64,000 bases of DNA from Leptolyngbyaceae cyanobacterium (GTDB taxonomy: Bacteria; Cyanobacteriota; Cyanobacteriia; Phormidesmidales; Phormidesmidaceae): assembly GCA_050331235.1 (NCBI GenBank), contig JBHJHA010000021.1:1-64000 (forward strand). The letters are read 5' to 3'. Below the pieces are notes generated by a model, which was not told the origin of the DNA, ran no database searches, and saw only the letters and a program-made list of their open reading frames with translations. Positions 20,590-32,610 of this stretch are shown here, in pieces. A program made the position numbers and the translations under genes. How positions within the stretch are numbered: the stretch's first letter is position 1; each line of letters opens with the position of its first letter.

Positions 20590-23163
20590 TCAATCGTCCG
20601 CCTCTGCATCGTCCGCCGCAGAATCAGGACAGGTTGAGATAATCTCCACCTCGTTGGCGGATTGACGGCTGACTTCAGCTTCGCATGCTTCAATAGCTTC
20701 CTCGTCGTTAGATAACTCGATGTCGGTAGCAGCGGCTGTAGACCTCGAGTTGGGCTGCGCCGTTCTCTCCGCAGATAGATTTTCCAGGCTGGTCGTCGCC
20801 GCTGTCGCCCCTGCGATCTCCGGCTGTCCACTGCCCGGTTCAATTGCCGGGGTGGACGGATTGGTCGGGATCGGGGTTGTGCCCGGTCCGTCGTCAATCA
20901 TTGGCACAAACGGTTGATTTTGAAACGAGGTCACTAGGGAAGAGTCGGTCGCGCGGCGCACAATCGCACCAGTGGCGCCACTTGCTTCTGTGGGAAACGT
21001 CCCGGCTGGGTACAGCGTCGAAAAATTGTCAAACACACCGTTAACGATATTGGTGCCGGGATTGGTGATGGTGATGTCGTGGTCGTTTTGCGGACCGACG
21101 ACGAACTGGATATCAGGGAAGGCTCCTGTGCCCTGAATGAAGAGCTTGCCGTCATCGAGGCTCGTCGTCACTGCCTGCCCCCCGTGCACGATGCTGATGG
21201 GCGGAGCTTCTTCGCCCAATTGAGGTACGGTGAGTACGCTTGTAGGAATGAAAATGCGGGTTTGAAAGTTGTCCGGGTTGGGACCGTCGACCAAGCCAGC
21301 GTCGATCAAAAGATCCGGGTCACCCCGGGACAAAAACTCAATGAGGTCGCCATCGGTAGCCGCTTCGAGGCGAATACTGAGCAAATCAACATTACTGCCC
21401 ACAGCCTGAAACCGTCGGGCCGCATTGATGCTAATGCCCCCAGTGCCCGCAGTCAGCGTGTTGACGACGGTATCAGTTGCGGTCGAGGTCAGCGTAATCG
21501 CGCCTGCGGTTTCTAAATTGCCGCTATCAATCGCGCCTGCGGTGATTGTGATATTGCGATCGCTAGCCTCAATTTCATCCTGACGATCTAGCATCTGGAA
21601 TGTCCCGCCGGCCTCAAAGGTGATGCTCCCGGTCCCTGACTGGAACCTCAGCTCATTGTCCAGCAAATCATTGATAGTAATGCTGTTACTGGCCCGGAGG
21701 GCAATATTGGTGTTGCCGTTCAGCCCTTCCAGTTCCGATTCATAAATTTGACTAGGACCGAGATCAGCCGCCGCAATATCCGGGATGCTCAGCTCCGTCG
21801 GGCTAGCGCCAGGATCATCGCCATCATTGGCGGTGCCGTCCCCGACGCTACCGTTCAAAATCACGATATCTGTGGGGTCTAGCAGCAGCGTGCCTGTGGC
21901 CCCCTGGTTAGCGGTGGTATCGACTGTGCCACGAAAGGCCAGGTACTGCTCACCGGATACTTCAACCATCCCACCGTCACCGGAAACATTCCCCCCCGTG
22001 GCCGTAATCTGCCCGGAAAAAAGTGTGGCTCCGTCCGACCAGAGAATTACGTGACCGCCATCGCCCTGCCCCCCACCGTCGGCAGCGATCGCTGTAGTCC
22101 CATCTACATAGGTGAACTGTGAGCCTGGTAGCGCCTCGCCGCCCTGCAAGTCGCCCCCCAATCGCACACTGCCAGCGTCGCTTTCCCCCGAGACATTGAT
22201 GGTGGCATTTAGCAACGCCACTTGATCGCCTACCACCGTGACTGCGCCCCCGCGATCGCCACTGGTATCAACGCTTCCCGTCACTGTTGCAGCGCCCGTG
22301 GCAGCCTCAACGGAGCCATTTGCGTGGATGAGCGCGATGGCCCCATCGGGCTGTACCGTCAGGCCCGTGGCGATCGCCTTAGGCGCACCGGTCAGCAGAG
22401 CCGGCAATGACAGCGCTGAACCATCAGCCACCCCTGATTCACTAACTGGTAGGGTGACCACTTCTAGATTGAGCACCATGTCTGGATGGCTAATTCTGAC
22501 GAGGTTGCTGTTGGGAATGGCTGCGATCGTGATTTCCCCCCCCGGAGCCGTCAGGGAACCAACTGACAGGACTTGCCCCCCAATCAAGGTGATGGCTTCT
22601 CCTGGAGCAACCGTCAGATCAGCCACATTGACAATAGCCCCTGTGGCCTCGCCTGCAAACACGAACCCCGTTGGCGCACCCGAAAATTGGCCGACATCCT
22701 CAGTCCCCAAAACGTTAAACAGGGTCTCGTCGAAGAGCACGCCCGTTGCTGTGGTTGCCGCAAACGAACCACTCAAGTCCAATTGCGCCTGGGGTCCGAA
22801 CAAAATCCCTGCGGGGTTAATCAAATAAAGGTCAGCGGGGCTGCCGGCGACGCGGAGCAAACCATTAATATATGAAGCGTCGCCACCGACCACGCTACCA
22901 AGGATGGCCTGAACTTCCGGCTGCGCCAGAAAAGTTGCGATCTGTCCCTGGGTGAGTCCCAATTGCTCAAAGGTTTGGAAGAGGGTCTGCCCGTCGCCGG
23001 AGGTCGCGCCACCGGTAATGACGAACTCATCGCCGGCTTGTTGGACTTGGGTCGATGTGCCTGCTTGGGGCACAATGGGGGCCTGGGCATTCACCAATCG
23101 CGGCAAGGCTCCCGTCATGATGCTGATGGCGATCGCTGCGACCCCCTGAGGGAACTTGATCAT
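20590..23163 (-). CDS. Filamentous-haemagglutinin N-terminal (TPS) domain exoprotein, paralogue of the neighbouring gene
   Basis: Signal peptide (VNA|Q), LYLINPAGILFGP, GDGGMVEVSG and GTLLLDPTDI motifs. Confidence 0.88.
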   Translation of the reverse strand: MIKFPQGVAAIAISIMTGALPRLVNAQAPIVPQAGTSTQVQQAGDEFVITGGATSGDGQTLFQTFEQLGLTQGQIATFLAQPEVQAILGSVVGGDASYINGLLRVAGSPADLYLINPAGILFGPQAQLDLSGSFAATTATGVLFDETLFNVLGTEDVGQFSGAPTGFVFAGEATGAIVNVADLTVAPGEAITLIGGQVLSVGSLTAPGGEITIAAIPNSNLVRISHPDMVLNLEVVTLPVSESGVADGSALSLPALLTGAPKAIATGLTVQPDGAIALIHANGSVEAATGAATVTGSVDTSGDRGGAVTVVGDQVALLNATINVSGESDAGSVRLGGDLQGGEALPGSQFTYVDGTTAIAADGGGQGDGGHVILWSDGATLFSGQITATGGNVSGDGGMVEVSGEQYLAFRGTVDTTANQGATGTLLLDPTDIVILNGSVGDGTANDGDDPGASPTELSIPDIAAADLGPSQIYESELEGLNGNTNIALRASNSITINDLLDNELRFQSGTGSITFEAGGTFQMLDRQDEIEASDRNITITAGAIDSGNLETAGAITLTSTATDTVVNTLTAGTGGISINAARRFQAVGSNVDLLSIRLEAATDGDLIEFLSRGDPDLLIDAGLVDGPNPDNFQTRIFIPTSVLTVPQLGEEAPPISIVHGGQAVTTSLDDGKLFIQGTGAFPDIQFVVGPQNDHDITITNPGTNIVNGVFDNFSTLYPAGTFPTEASGATGAIVRRATDSSLVTSFQNQPFVPMIDDGPGTTPIPTNPSTPAIEPGSGQPEIAGATAATTSLENLSAERTAQPNSRSTAAATDIELSNDEEAIEACEAEVSRQSANEVEIISTCPDSAADDAEADD

Positions 23164-23238
23164 CAGTTACCAACGCCTAACTCATCAATCGCTGTCAGTC
23201 CGATTCACCCTGTTGTAGATTCACGCTGGCGGCCTGCA

Positions 23239-23254
23239 GTTCGGAAAACCACAC
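23239..23254 (+). promoter_or_regulatory. K-box upstream of groESL
   Basis: GTTCGG-AAAA-CCACAC matches the cyanobacterial K-box GTTCGG-NNAN-CCNNAC. Confidence 0.8.
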
Positions 23255-23293
23255 TCGCCCCGCTGTTGTAGTTGCCCCCGGCAAAGCTCTAAA

Positions 23294-23320
23294 TTGGCAC
23301 TCGGAGCGTGAGAGTGCTAA
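23294..23320 (+). promoter_or_regulatory. CIRCE element (HrcA operator)
   Basis: TTGGCACTC-N9-GAGTGCTAA. Confidence 0.92.
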
Positions 23321-23400
23321 CCAGAGCAAATGATTGAGTTGTTCTTTGTTCTAGCCAAGCATATCTTCACCTCGGTGTTAGCGAATCTGGAGAATTTGTA

Positions 23401-23712
23401 ATGGCAGCAATCACTTTGAGTGCATCCAGCGTGACCCCCCTTGGCGATCGCGTGTTGGTAAAGGTCAGCGAGTCTGAAGAAACCACTGCGGGTGGGATCT
23501 TATTGCCCGATACCGCTAAGGAAAAGCCCCAAGTCGGCGAAATTACTGCTGTTGGTCCTGGTAAGCGCAGTGAAGACGGTAGCCGTCAGGCCCCCGAAGT
23601 CAAGGCCGGCGACAAGGTTCTCTATTCTAAGTATGCCGGTACCGATATCAAACTCGGCGGCGACGAGTACGTGTTGCTTTCCGAGAAGGACATCCTCGCT
23701 ACTTTGGGCTAA
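23401..23712 (+). CDS. groES: Co-chaperonin GroES
   Basis: [24 protein letters not shown] and YSKYAGT motifs. Confidence 0.98.
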   Translation: MAAITLSASSVTPLGDRVLVKVSESEETTAGGILLPDTAKEKPQVGEITAVGPGKRSEDGSRQAPEVKAGDKVLYSKYAGTDIKLGGDEYVLLSEKDILATLG

Positions 23713-23766
23713 ACCACAAGGCTTACAGAAGGTGCTAGGGGCAGACCGTTGATCACAGAGCTGCCT

Positions 23767-23802
23767 CAAAACCTAGAGCCCAAAACCTAGACCCTAAGAA
23801 CC
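23767..23802 (+). repeat. Degenerate heptamer tandem repeat (STRR-like) between groES and groEL
   Basis: caaaacc-tagagcc-caaaacc-tagaccc-taagaac. Confidence 0.5.
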
Positions 23803-23812
23803 TCAGGTTTAA

Positions 23813-25480
<1,668 letters not shown>

Positions 25481-25532
25481 CTCTAGGTAGCGATACTGAA
25501 CGTCTCGTTTTGAGGCGTTTGATATCTCAAGG

Positions 25533-25568
25533 ACACTGCTTCTCGATAAAGAGAAGCAGTGTTTTTTA
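25533..25568 (+). terminator. Rho-independent terminator of groESL
   Basis: acactgcttctc-gataaa-gagaagcagtgt followed by a T-run. Confidence 0.85.
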
Positions 25569-25711
25569 TGCCTGAATTCATCCTTCAACGTTGCGACACC
25601 AGAGCACTGTTCGTCTGACCACAACTTATGAAGAAGCCGCTTTTTACATTGGCCGACTGAATCACCAACACAATCGAGTGATACATTTAACTGACCTTTA
25701 CGCGGCTCCTA

Positions 25712-26752
25712 TTGACGATGAGAGTGACCCAACAAACTGACACAGAGCTAGTAATTGAGAGCTTTGTCAATAAACAGCAACTGATTTTTCCTGGGGCTCT
25801 GTTGGGGTTGGGAATAGTAAGTCTAGGGCTTGCTGCGATTACGGGATTCCTTAACGGCGGGGTAGTCTTCATCTGCTTACTTGTAGGCGGCTTAGGGGGA
25901 TGGATGCTCTTGGATGGGTGGAAGTCAGACATACTAATCCTAGATCAAGTCAACAACCAGATTCGGTACCATCGCAAAGCCCTCTTGGGCAGCCAACAGT
26001 GGGAAACACCCTTGTCGACCCTACAGGATGTCAGCATCGTTAATTTCAAACGCCGCCATAAAAAATCTGACGGCAGTAGCGGCGTTCAGTGGTTTTACAC
26101 TGTCAAGCTAGTGGCCCGTGGAGCTGAACCCCAGACGATGCTCTACACTCGAAATCAGGACAGTGTCGATGTTGCTTACCACACGATCAAAACATTTTGG
26201 GGCGCTGCTGCTAACCGGTCTCCTGCCACGATGAATCGTCCTCAGGGCCGCGGGCTAGGGTTCGTAATCTCTCCAAGCTATGAGCAATGGCGCGAAACCA
26301 CCTGGGCACTTGAACCCGCACAAGCCGGAGGCACCAGCGACGAGCCCGATCTCGTCTACGGCGTACTTATCGATGTGGGAATGTGGGACGCTCAGACATC
26401 ACAGCTGTGGGCAATTTCAATGAGTGCTTTTCGCTCAGGGGATGCTTCATTTTTTCCCACGCCGGGCAGCGGCGTTGTTGGCCTGGGGCAAAAACCTGAA
26501 GTCGCAAAGGCGGCTGCCACCATTATTGACTTGGCACAAAACCTGCTAGCCAACGCCTCACCTTTGGCGGTTGATGCCTTGCCCGATCAGCCCGATTTAG
26601 TGCAGTTCGTCCTGCTGACACCCAATGGCGCTTATATTGTTGCCGACCACCTCAAGCAGCTATTACAAAACCGCAATCAGCCTCTTGGTCAAATGCTGGG
26701 CCAGTTTAGCCTAATTCGTCAAGCGGCTGAACAGCTCCTAGACCAGCGCTAG
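25712..26752 (+). CDS. Hypothetical membrane protein (two TM helices, two soluble domains)
   Basis: 346-aa ORF with two N-terminal hydrophobic helices. Confidence 0.65.
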   Translation: MTMRVTQQTDTELVIESFVNKQQLIFPGALLGLGIVSLGLAAITGFLNGGVVFICLLVGGLGGWMLLDGWKSDILILDQVNNQIRYHRKALLGSQQWETPLSTLQDVSIVNFKRRHKKSDGSSGVQWFYTVKLVARGAEPQTMLYTRNQDSVDVAYHTIKTFWGAAANRSPATMNRPQGRGLGFVISPSYEQWRETTWALEPAQAGGTSDEPDLVYGVLIDVGMWDAQTSQLWAISMSAFRSGDASFFPTPGSGVVGLGQKPEVAKAAATIIDLAQNLLANASPLAVDALPDQPDLVQFVLLTPNGAYIVADHLKQLLQNRNQPLGQMLGQFSLIRQAAEQLLDQR

Positions 26753-27503
26753 AGCAAAGTATCAGTACGAGTGCGATCGCCTATCGTCTTGGATTATGTA
26801 GAACAAAGGTGAAGCCCAACATCCCCAATACGAATTTTCCACTATTCCCACAGCTCAATTAACTGGGTCCACTCACCTTCAGCCTTATCTCGAATATTAA
26901 AAATCCTACTCAACAAAGGTAGTAAAAACTGGAATACAGCCACTCAATCGGAGTCATCACTAAGCCATGAATGATCAAATTGATGTGGATGTCATCAACA
27001 TAATGCGCAACATCTTGCTCATCCCCACAATGGTCAGCGTTATCAACTACAAAGCAAAACCCAAAAAACCGAAATCCGGAAAGAATATCAAAAATCATCG
27101 AACTTTTATTGAAGAACTCATCTGCTCGAAGGACAGTCTTTTTTTATGAAGCTTCGAGCAACAACACAGTGTCTAACTGAAAACGATTTACTGCAGCTTC
27201 AAATTTCAGGAACCGAATGCAGGAAACAACATCTGTTCTATGTACTTTCCATGAATTTAACCTAAGTACGGTTCCGGATTGCCGTGACATTGACTACAAA
27301 CAAATTGTCACCGAGATTTTTATCCCTCAGGAAATTCAATTAATTCAGGGAATCTGCTGAGATCGTCTTCGCAGCATCCGTATTTGCACGGAGCCATTGA
27401 GAAATTTTTACTTGTCTATACAAAGTCAAGATTGATGCCCTCAGGCAGTGGACGATGCTGTAAAACCTACCGTCAAAATCAACCATTAGGTAATGAGGAA
27501 AAT

Positions 27504-28160
27504 ATGAAGAACATGATGTTTAAAGCCGCGATCGCGGGCTCTGTAGCAATCAGCGCCACTCTTGCAGGAACTGCAGAAGCTCAGATTTCTTTCAACGGTG
27601 TGAGTTCAACTTGGAGCAACAGTCAGTGCTCGTCGTTTCTATGCAATGTTGATGAAAATGTCAATGTTTCCGGCTTCAATGCGATCCAGTACGGAACGAG
27701 CCCTGATTCGGCAATCGGATTTAGAGATGATGGTCCAAATACTGCAGGTTTTGGCGAATTCTTTCGAATTGGCACTCTGGGTTTCTTAAACACCGGAGAC
27801 TTCACCAATATCCTGGATACTGCAGACCTCAACTTAACACTAGATTTCGCATCCCCAAGTGGTTTGTTGGCGGGCTTAGACTTTGTCGCCAATATTGCTC
27901 AAAATGGCTTGGCTCCCGATACCGTAGATATCACCCCTCAGTTTGACTCTTTGATCGCCACTGCTTCCGACGGTCAAAAATATAAAGTTAGCGTTGGCTT
28001 TGCGGGTGTTCCATTTGAAGGCAAATTCTTTGACCCAACAACAAGAGGCGTATTTGCCAAAGTTGAAACAGTCCCCGAGCCTGCTTTGATGCTGGGTCTG
28101 GGGACCGTGGCGGCGGCTGGCTTACTTGCCCAGAAGCGCTCTCGCAAAGAGACTTCTTAA
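27504..28160 (+). CDS. PEP-CTERM sorting-domain surface protein
   Basis: Signal peptide (AEA|Q); C-terminal VPEP + TM helix + KRSRK; GAGGAA RBS before the ATG at 27504. Confidence 0.9.
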   Translation: MKNMMFKAAIAGSVAISATLAGTAEAQISFNGVSSTWSNSQCSSFLCNVDENVNVSGFNAIQYGTSPDSAIGFRDDGPNTAGFGEFFRIGTLGFLNTGDFTNILDTADLNLTLDFASPSGLLAGLDFVANIAQNGLAPDTVDITPQFDSLIATASDGQKYKVSVGFAGVPFEGKFFDPTTRGVFAKVETVPEPALMLGLGTVAAAGLLAQKRSRKETS

Positions 28161-28195
28161 GCGCAACAGCTACGCCCTTTTTTGATTAGGCACCT

Positions 28196-28239
28196 AAACC
28201 ATAGCGGGAGTCTCAATTTGCGGGCTCTCGCTATGGTTT
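28196..28239. terminator. Bidirectional terminator between convergent genes
   Basis: aaaccatagcgggagtc...ggctctcgctatggttt. Confidence 0.7.
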
Positions 28240-28250
28240 TCTCTATCAGC

Positions 28251-30608
28251 TCACTTGGTTTCTTGCTCAGTCGCATCCGCCCAGTCGGTAGGCAGATAGC
28301 CCGTCGCCTCATCCCAGCGATCGTCTTCTTCAGTTTCGATCGCCTGTGAGTCGACATCAAGGACCAGCTTGTCGTGCACGACAAGCGAGTCTGGGAGGGT
28401 TACTGGAATTTCCCGTAGGGCTGCCAGCACAGCCTGGGCAGATGCGTAGCGCTGAGAAAAGTCGTAGCGCACCATTTTAGTGATCACCTCACCCAAGGCC
28501 GGGTGCAAATCAGCCACGCGATATTGCCAAATTACCTCACCGCGATCGTCGTACTGCATCTTAAAGGGGGAAACGCCAGTCAGCGCCTCGATCGCCGTCA
28601 TGCCCACCGCGTAAATATCGCTATTCATTCTTGGTAAGCCAGCCGACTGCTCACTAGGCATGTAGCCCTTGGTGCCAATGCCGATGGTTGACGTGACCTG
28701 CGGTTCATTTTCAGTAATCTGGTTAGAGATTTCTTTCACCGAGCCAAAGTCAATCAAAACCAGTCGACCATCGCCTGCCCGCCGAATCAGGTTAGACGGT
28801 TTGATATCCCGGTGAATCACCCCCTGGCTGTGAACGTATTCCACAACGGGGAGAATATCCAGTAAGAAGTTCATGACCCACGCCTGCGATTTGGGTTGGC
28901 GGGAGGTGAGCTCATCCTTGAGCATGTTTCCCTGGATCATTTCCTCCACCAGGTAAAAGGAAGCTGCTGTTTCAAAGTGAGCTAGCAGTCGGGGAATCTG
29001 ATTGTGGTGGCCGAGCCGCTCTAGGGTTTGCGCTTCAGATACAAAAAGACGATGGGCCAGCTCGTGCGATCGCGGGTCGTCGCTCAAAATCCGCAGCCGC
29101 TTGACCACGCAAATAGGATTGCCCGGTCGATGGGTATCGACAGCGGTGTAGGTTTCGCTAAATCCACCCGCCCCTAGCACCGCCTGGACCTGATATCGCG
29201 CCGCGAGAATCGTGCCAACGACCTCAGCCTGACGAGCCTCGATCAAATCGTGGAAGTCCTCTTCTTGGCTGATGATCTCTTGCACGATGGGTGACGTGGC
29301 GTATTGGGCCAGCTTTTGCTTCAGTCGCTGTTTTTTAACGCGCTCGGCCAATAGTCCTGTGGCGGTGTAGCAGCCCCCGGTCAAGAGCAGGGCCATCGTC
29401 GTGCTGGCAACGGGTAAAAAGACATGAAAGCTGACAAAACTTGCATAGCTAACGAAGAGCCATCCCATGACTACGATCAACGTCCACCCCAAACGATGAA
29501 TATTGCGCTTGCTGTAAGACAGCAAGACAATAAACCCTACGCCCACAACGGCAATTACCCCGGCCCGGCTCATGGGTGCTGGCAGCAGCGTTGCTATGGA
29601 GGTGCCAGCCCGCAGGGTGGCAATGTCATTGGCTAAAATCTCGACCCCTGGCATTGGCAAAGGGTAGGCCACGCTCCGGGCAAACGGCACGTCGTGAAAG
29701 TCTTGGTGCACGCTGGCGGTCGTCCCAATCAGCACAATCTTGTTTTGAAAAACCGCCCCGGACTGTAGATAGTTGGTCCAAGGGTCGGAATCCATTACAT
29801 ACCAAAAGGGCACATGCTCAAATGTGCGTACCGGGCCCAAAAAGTTGATGCCCTGACCGGAGCCAGATGCCGGCTCAATTTGGGCAGCATCTAGGGTGGC
29901 TTGGGCAAAACTCCGCTGCTCATCCCAGGCGTCGGCTTGGGTATTGACGTTCTCGGCGATCGCCGACTGGGCTAAATTCTCAAAGTAGGTATGACCATGC
30001 TGATGAATGCGACCATCGGCTTCTAATGGAAAGTTGATATTGCCGAGGTGAACGCCCCCTTGTTGAAACTGCGGCAGGGGAAAGGTCGGCTGTAGCATAG
30101 CGCCCTGACGCATGAGGTTATCTTCAAACCGCATGGCCAATGTGACGCGATCGCCATACCGCTGCAGCACCTCAGCTAAGCGCTCATCATCCATCGCGTC
30201 GTAGGCACTATCCGTCGCCAGCAGCAAATCGATTGATACGGCCTTAGCCCCGGCCTCCATTAACCGTTCGACCACAACGGCATAGGCTTCTCGCTGCCAT
30301 GGCCATTGCTGAATGGGCTCTAAATCAGCATGCTTGCCTGGATCGCTACGGTAGTGTTCCGACTGCGCTAGCGATTCTTCATCAATTGCCAAAATAACGA
30401 TGTCATCGGGAGCCGCTTGGGGACCTCGCAACTCAAACAACAGCGTTTGGACCTGGCGTTCCCACTGTTGTAAAAAGGGACTGTCAATACCGGTGAGGAG
30501 TGCAGCCACAGCCAAACAGCTACCTGCAATGAGTTTTTGCCAAGGCAAAACCAACGGCTTCTGTAACGCTTGGGTTTTAGATTGAGTTGCAGTAGCGGAA
30601 TAAGGCAT
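28251..30608 (-). CDS. CHASE2-domain Ser/Thr protein kinase
   Basis: IVILAIDE, KIVLIG and MPGVEI (CHASE2), three TM helices, LGAGGFSETY, IHRDIKPSN and IDFG motifs. Confidence 0.93.
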   Translation of the reverse strand: MPYSATATQSKTQALQKPLVLPWQKLIAGSCLAVAALLTGIDSPFLQQWERQVQTLLFELRGPQAAPDDIVILAIDEESLAQSEHYRSDPGKHADLEPIQQWPWQREAYAVVVERLMEAGAKAVSIDLLLATDSAYDAMDDERLAEVLQRYGDRVTLAMRFEDNLMRQGAMLQPTFPLPQFQQGGVHLGNINFPLEADGRIHQHGHTYFENLAQSAIAENVNTQADAWDEQRSFAQATLDAAQIEPASGSGQGINFLGPVRTFEHVPFWYVMDSDPWTNYLQSGAVFQNKIVLIGTTASVHQDFHDVPFARSVAYPLPMPGVEILANDIATLRAGTSIATLLPAPMSRAGVIAVVGVGFIVLLSYSKRNIHRLGWTLIVVMGWLFVSYASFVSFHVFLPVASTTMALLLTGGCYTATGLLAERVKKQRLKQKLAQYATSPIVQEIISQEEDFHDLIEARQAEVVGTILAARYQVQAVLGAGGFSETYTAVDTHRPGNPICVVKRLRILSDDPRSHELAHRLFVSEAQTLERLGHHNQIPRLLAHFETAASFYLVEEMIQGNMLKDELTSRQPKSQAWVMNFLLDILPVVEYVHSQGVIHRDIKPSNLIRRAGDGRLVLIDFGSVKEISNQITENEPQVTSTIGIGTKGYMPSEQSAGLPRMNSDIYAVGMTAIEALTGVSPFKMQYDDRGEVIWQYRVADLHPALGEVITKMVRYDFSQRYASAQAVLAALREIPVTLPDSLVVHDKLVLDVDSQAIETEEDDRWDEATGYLPTDWADATEQETK

Positions 30609-30885
30609 AGCGATCAGGTTGACGGCAACGCTTCGTCATTGTGTCTTCGCTGGGACAAAACTCAAAGCAAACGATCGAATAAATGCACTCACCCCTCACA
30701 ATAACCTCTACACCGGCAAATAGCGGTAATTACTGACGGTATCCCAGCCACGTGCTCAAATTTATCTCCTTCTGGTCCCTACCCCGGAGGGTGGCTGGTG
30801 ATTGCAGAAAAAAGCAGTAAACCAGTCAGGTGTTGCCTGCCGATCTACTGCTGAGTTTGCTTGCTAATGTCTCGTGTGGGTGCGC

Positions 30886-31242
30886 TTACTGCCCAGTCAA
30901 CTCTTGAACTGCGTCTTTCGCTTTTTCGACGAGGCTCTCGTTATCTTCTTTGGGGTCAAACTTACCTTCCGCCTGGCGCTTTTCCTCTCGCAGTCCTGCT
31001 GCTTCGCTGATGCTATAGGCCCGATCCAGGCGTTCCTCGGGGGTGAGGGGAGCATCTTTAGATCGACCGGTGAGCTCTCGTAAGGTTTGCCCATGGGCCT
31101 CTTGGGAGTTGAAAGGGACCTGTGCGGCGCTAGGAGGAACGGCGATCGCGAGCACGCTGGTAAGGCTCAGCAAGGTGACAAAACCAACTACGAGAGAGCG
31201 CCGTACCCAATGGGCCAGACGATTAAAGCTGAAGTGAATCAT
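30886..31242 (-). CDS. Hypothetical secreted protein
   Basis: Signal-like N-terminus; LTPEERLDRAY...EKAKDAVQELTG. Confidence 0.65.
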   Translation of the reverse strand: MIHFSFNRLAHWVRRSLVVGFVTLLSLTSVLAIAVPPSAAQVPFNSQEAHGQTLRELTGRSKDAPLTPEERLDRAYSISEAAGLREEKRQAEGKFDPKEDNESLVEKAKDAVQELTGQ

Positions 31243-31395
31243 TAGACTATACGTAATGTCGACATGGTTTGAGGGGGATTGCCCGACTGCCGATCATCAG
31301 CATATCGAGGGGATAGATATCTACCATTCCCCCTGCGGACACATGCTGGGTTGAACCACTGGATAGATTTCGATGCGATTTCCCCAAGAGCAATC

Positions 31396-31719
31396 ATGGC
31401 TTTCAAAAAACGACTCTTATTGATTGGGCTGACCATTCTCTGCTGGTGGGGGCTCACGGTTGCTGTTGCGGCCCAGGGCACTAGTCTGAGGCTAGAGTCG
31501 CGCGTCGATCGCTTGGAGGCGGAACTGTCCCGCGTGCGATCGCGGCTCAATCAGGTCGAGGCCCGCAACAATATTCCCCCCAGTACGCCCAGCGCGACTC
31601 CAGGGCTTAACGAGCCCTCGTTAGAGGAGCAGTTTGATAACCTGGCTACCCTCGCTATTGAACTGAAGCAAGATGTCCGCCAGCTCGAAGTCCGCATTAC
31701 CGAGTTAGAAAGCGAATGA
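31396..31719 (+). CDS. Hypothetical secreted coiled-coil protein
   Basis: Signal peptide, heptads and FDNLATLAIELK motif. Confidence 0.7.
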   Translation: MAFKKRLLLIGLTILCWWGLTVAVAAQGTSLRLESRVDRLEAELSRVRSRLNQVEARNNIPPSTPSATPGLNEPSLEEQFDNLATLAIELKQDVRQLEVRITELESE

Positions 31720-31734
31720 TGCGTGACACCCTGC

Positions 31735-32610
31735 CTAACGATACTTTTTCAGCAGTAGATCGAGCTTTTTGAGGGTGGCAGCTGGTGCTTGGTCCGAGGG
31801 CGTAATCACGGCGTATTTCAAGGCATCGTGGGCTTCCGAAGCGGGAAGAGTTTGCGCTAGCGATCGCACGGCATGGCGAATCACTGCTTGGGCATTCTCG
31901 GCGTTTTTTCGCAGGTTGCCGATGACCATTTCCACCGTGACGCTGTCATGATCAGGGTGCCAACAGTCGTAGTCCGTCACCAGGGCTAAAGTGGCGTAGG
32001 CAATTTCCGCCTCGCGGGCCAGCTTAGCTTCTGGCAGGTTTGTCATGCCAATAATCGTCGCGCCCCAACTGCGATAGAGATTGGACTCCGCCTTAGTGGA
32101 AAATGCTGGACCTTCCATACAGACGTAGGTGCCGCCCCGATGCACGGTGATATCCGGCAATTGCAAGCCCGTGGCGGCATCGGCCAACACTTTTGCCAAC
32201 TCAGCACATATGGGGTCGCCAAAAGCGATATGTGCGACAATGCCCTCGCCAAAAAAGGTGGAGATGCGGTTTTTAGTGCGATCGATAAACTGATCGGGGA
32301 CTACCATATCCAAGGGCTTGGCAGATGCCTGCAAAGACCCCACCGCCGACGCAGAAATCAAATACCTTACCCCGAGTTGCTTCATCGCGTAGATGTTGGC
32401 CCGAAAGGGCAGCTCCGAGGGAGTTAAAGTATGGTTGCGACCATGGCGGGCTAAAAAGGCGACTTGAGTCCCCTCCAAAGTGCCTACAATCAGCGCATCC
32501 GACGGTTTGCCAAAGGGGGTGTCTACTGGCACTTCTTGTACATCGGTCAGGGCTTCCATTTGGTAGAGACCGCTGCCGCCAATAATGCCAATTGTTGCCT
32601 GGGGTGCCAT
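31735..32610 (-). CDS. mtnP: S-methyl-5'-thioadenosine phosphorylase
   Basis: [27 protein letters not shown] and TDYDCW motifs. Confidence 0.93.
   Translation of the reverse strand: MAPQATIGIIGGSGLYQMEALTDVQEVPVDTPFGKPSDALIVGTLEGTQVAFLARHGRNHTLTPSELPFRANIYAMKQLGVRYLISASAVGSLQASAKPLDMVVPDQFIDRTKNRISTFFGEGIVAHIAFGDPICAELAKVLADAATGLQLPDITVHRGGTYVCMEGPAFSTKAESNLYRSWGATIIGMTNLPEAKLAREAEIAYATLALVTDYDCWHPDHDSVTVEMVIGNLRKNAENAQAVIRHAVRSLAQTLPASEAHDALKYAVITPSDQAPAATLKKLDLLLKKYR

Noticed and set aside
26910..27149. Short ORFs on both strands as transposase remnants
   Set aside because: No recognisable transposase motif or terminal inverted repeats.
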